Shown here: positions 62,146 to 64,000 of the stretch, one piece after another | Layout: each line of letters opens with the position of its first letter | Position numbering within the stretch: the first letter of the stretch is position 1 | Assembly (NCBI GenBank): GCA_002189035.1 | Contig: CM007990.1 | Span: 2,356,001-2,420,000 of the forward strand | Reading direction: 5' to 3' | DNA from: Utricularia gibba | Taxonomy: Eukaryota > Plantae > Magnoliophyta | DNA: 64,000 nucleotides | Program-made: the position numbers and the translations under genes | The notes under the pieces: model-generated | Databases searched by the model: none | Seen by the model: the letters and a program-made list of their open reading frames with translations, nothing else | What the model was told of the DNA's origin: nothing

Positions 62146-64000
62146 TGATGTCAATATAAAGAGAAGAGATATTTTTCTTAGCTAATAAACATACATTCTC
62201 AATTCTACAACTGGTATTTATAGACTCACAAAGAGCCATTAACTTGTGGATAGTAATTTCTAGCCGTTATCATCATCATTAGTTTCAGGTTTTGTTCTTG
62301 TGTAAGCAAGTTGAAGAGCAGGTCTAATTAAACAACTAGTTCTAACCTAAGTCTTCTCCTCTCACATTATCACCTTGGTATATGAACATCTTCATGTAAA
62401 ACCCATTTTCATTGAGTTAGGGTCCATGATAATAAGACCCATGTCTGACTTTTTTCTTTTCTTCACTCTCGACTTAGCAACAGCACTGCTTAGGCGATTG
62501 TCCTCTCGGTTATTGAGATTTACCTATACTTCATTCTCAATTAACTTGTTCTTTGATTCATAAAGGTCAACTATCATTCCTCCTTGAGGATGAGGCTGAG
62601 GTAAGATTATAGAATCTGAAAGATTACGTTATAACCCTAGTAATTCTGTGATTTGGGAAAAATGCTTCAGAAATAGAGATTTCTTTCAAAACGTGATATT
62701 TAATTTTAATATGTTTGGTTTTTCTAAACATTACTGGATTTTGTACAATACTTATTACCAATTAGTTGTCAATCTTCAATATGAGTAGTCTTTGCATCTT
62801 TATCTTCATATCTTCGCATAACTTTAAAAGCTATTGACTAATTGAGCATGATTGGCAGGGGAAGTTCTAGCGTTATATTATGCTTCACTAGATCATTGTA
62901 CCACTAAATCTCTTGTTTTCTACTATTCTAGACGAATACAACAGATCATAATGTAAACAAGTATTTGGTGGTAGATTTCAAATCCACTTCATCTCTTGCA
63001 AAATCAGAGTATATGAAACCTTGGAGAATTAGTTTAGTATATTTTTTAAAGTAAAGACCTAGAGATTTGGTAGAATTTAAATATCTAAAATTTATTTGGA
63101 AATTTTAAGATGTATGATAAGGGGTTTATGCATAAAACATGATAAGAAGATTACTGCAAATATAATAGCAAGTCTGGTGGCCGCAAGATATAGTAATGCT
63201 CCAACTATTTGCTGATATTTAGATATATTTATAACATTACCTTCACCTTTTCAATATGGAGATCCTTTCGGATGATTTTTCTAAGATACCAAGTTTGCTT
63301 TGAGTTTTAGATACAGTGTGAATGGGGTAAGTGCCTCCCTTGCTTTGCTGATGTCAAATCTAATGAGTATATCTTTAGTGTACTTTCGTTTTTTAAGAAA
63401 TATATAATCTTTAGACTAGCTAATTTCCAGGCCGAGAATGTATTGAGCTTGTCCTAAGTCTAATAGGTCAAATCATTCCTTAAGTTTTTCTTTTTGCTTT
63501 AGAATCATTTCCTTGTTATCTCCTGTAAGAAGAATGTCATCTACATAGTGAGTGACAATAATTCACCCTATATTCAATTCAAGTATGTATAGTTTGGTAT
63601 CATTATTGCGGCATATGTTTCCCATTTGTGTAAAGTAATCAACGATTGTACCATACCATTCTTTAGACACTTGTTTTAATCCATATAACACCTTCTATTG
63701 TTTGAGTAGTTTTTTATCTCCATTCATCTTTTAAAGTCCAGAGGATTGAGAACACACATATCTTTCTTTAGATTGCCATTTAGAAATGCACTTTTAATAT
63801 CCAGGTGATGCAGTTTTCAACCTTTTCTTGTAGCATATGCGATCACTAACTATATAGTATCCAATGTGGCCACCGGTGCAAAAGTATCCCAATTATCAAT
63901 TCCTTCCTTTTGCAAGTATCCTTTTGCTACTAAACGTGATTTTACTTTGTTTACAGTTGATGGAATGAAAATTCTAAAAGTGTCACGGGCACAGAGATTT
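62146..64000 (-). mobile_element. Decayed Ty1/copia: RT, RNase H, PPT and 3' LTR; continues beyond the window
   Basis: Minus-strand '[25 protein letters not shown]', 'HLDIKSAFLNG', 'LYGLKQ', 'YVDDILLTG' (about 63540), 'YQQIVGALLYL..TR'. PPT tcaaggaggaa followed by TGATAG from 62576; TATA ctataaatac inside the LTR. The distal LTR end (about 62146) is tentative. Confidence 0.85.

Noticed and set aside
1-64000. CRISPR arrays, rRNA/tRNA genes or prokaryote-type operons
   Set aside because: None seen. All long repeats are dispersed LTR copies, and the genes have spliceosomal introns.

Overview
This is flowering-plant nuclear DNA; I cannot assign the species. Four intact, intron-containing host genes sit in a matrix of decayed transposons. 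They are tubulin-folding cofactor A (minus, 3 exons, 111 aa), a CER1-type very-long-chain aldehyde decarbonylase (plus, 10 exons, 634 aa), a small Glu/Ala/Pro-rich protein of unknown function (minus, 2 exons, 119 aa) and a NEAP-family nuclear-envelope coiled-coil protein (plus, 5 exons, 335 aa). Most ORFs in the supplied track are exon fragments, antisense shadows or transposon debris. The transposon content includes a decayed CRM-type Ty3/gypsy element and five Athila-type solo LTRs with exact 5-bp target-site duplications (TSDs). There are also further truncated or eroded LTR copies, a complete but mutated 4.6-kb Ty1/copia just downstream of CER1, Tat/Athila/Angela fragments stacked at 12-17 kb, and a PIF/Harbinger fragment. 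Three MULE transposase relics, an internally deleted hAT element with TIRs and an 8-bp TSD, and a copia relic running off the right edge complete the set. I found no rRNA, tRNA or CRISPR, and no clearly new multi-gene system. The best leads are the miniature acidic protein with a basic amphipathic helix, a Met-X-X-stop motif conserved across divergent LTRs, unusual splicing signals in NEAP and CER1, and structured or TE-derived elements beside the host genes. All coordinates, translations and alignments were done by eye; family assignments rest on recalled motifs, not database searches.
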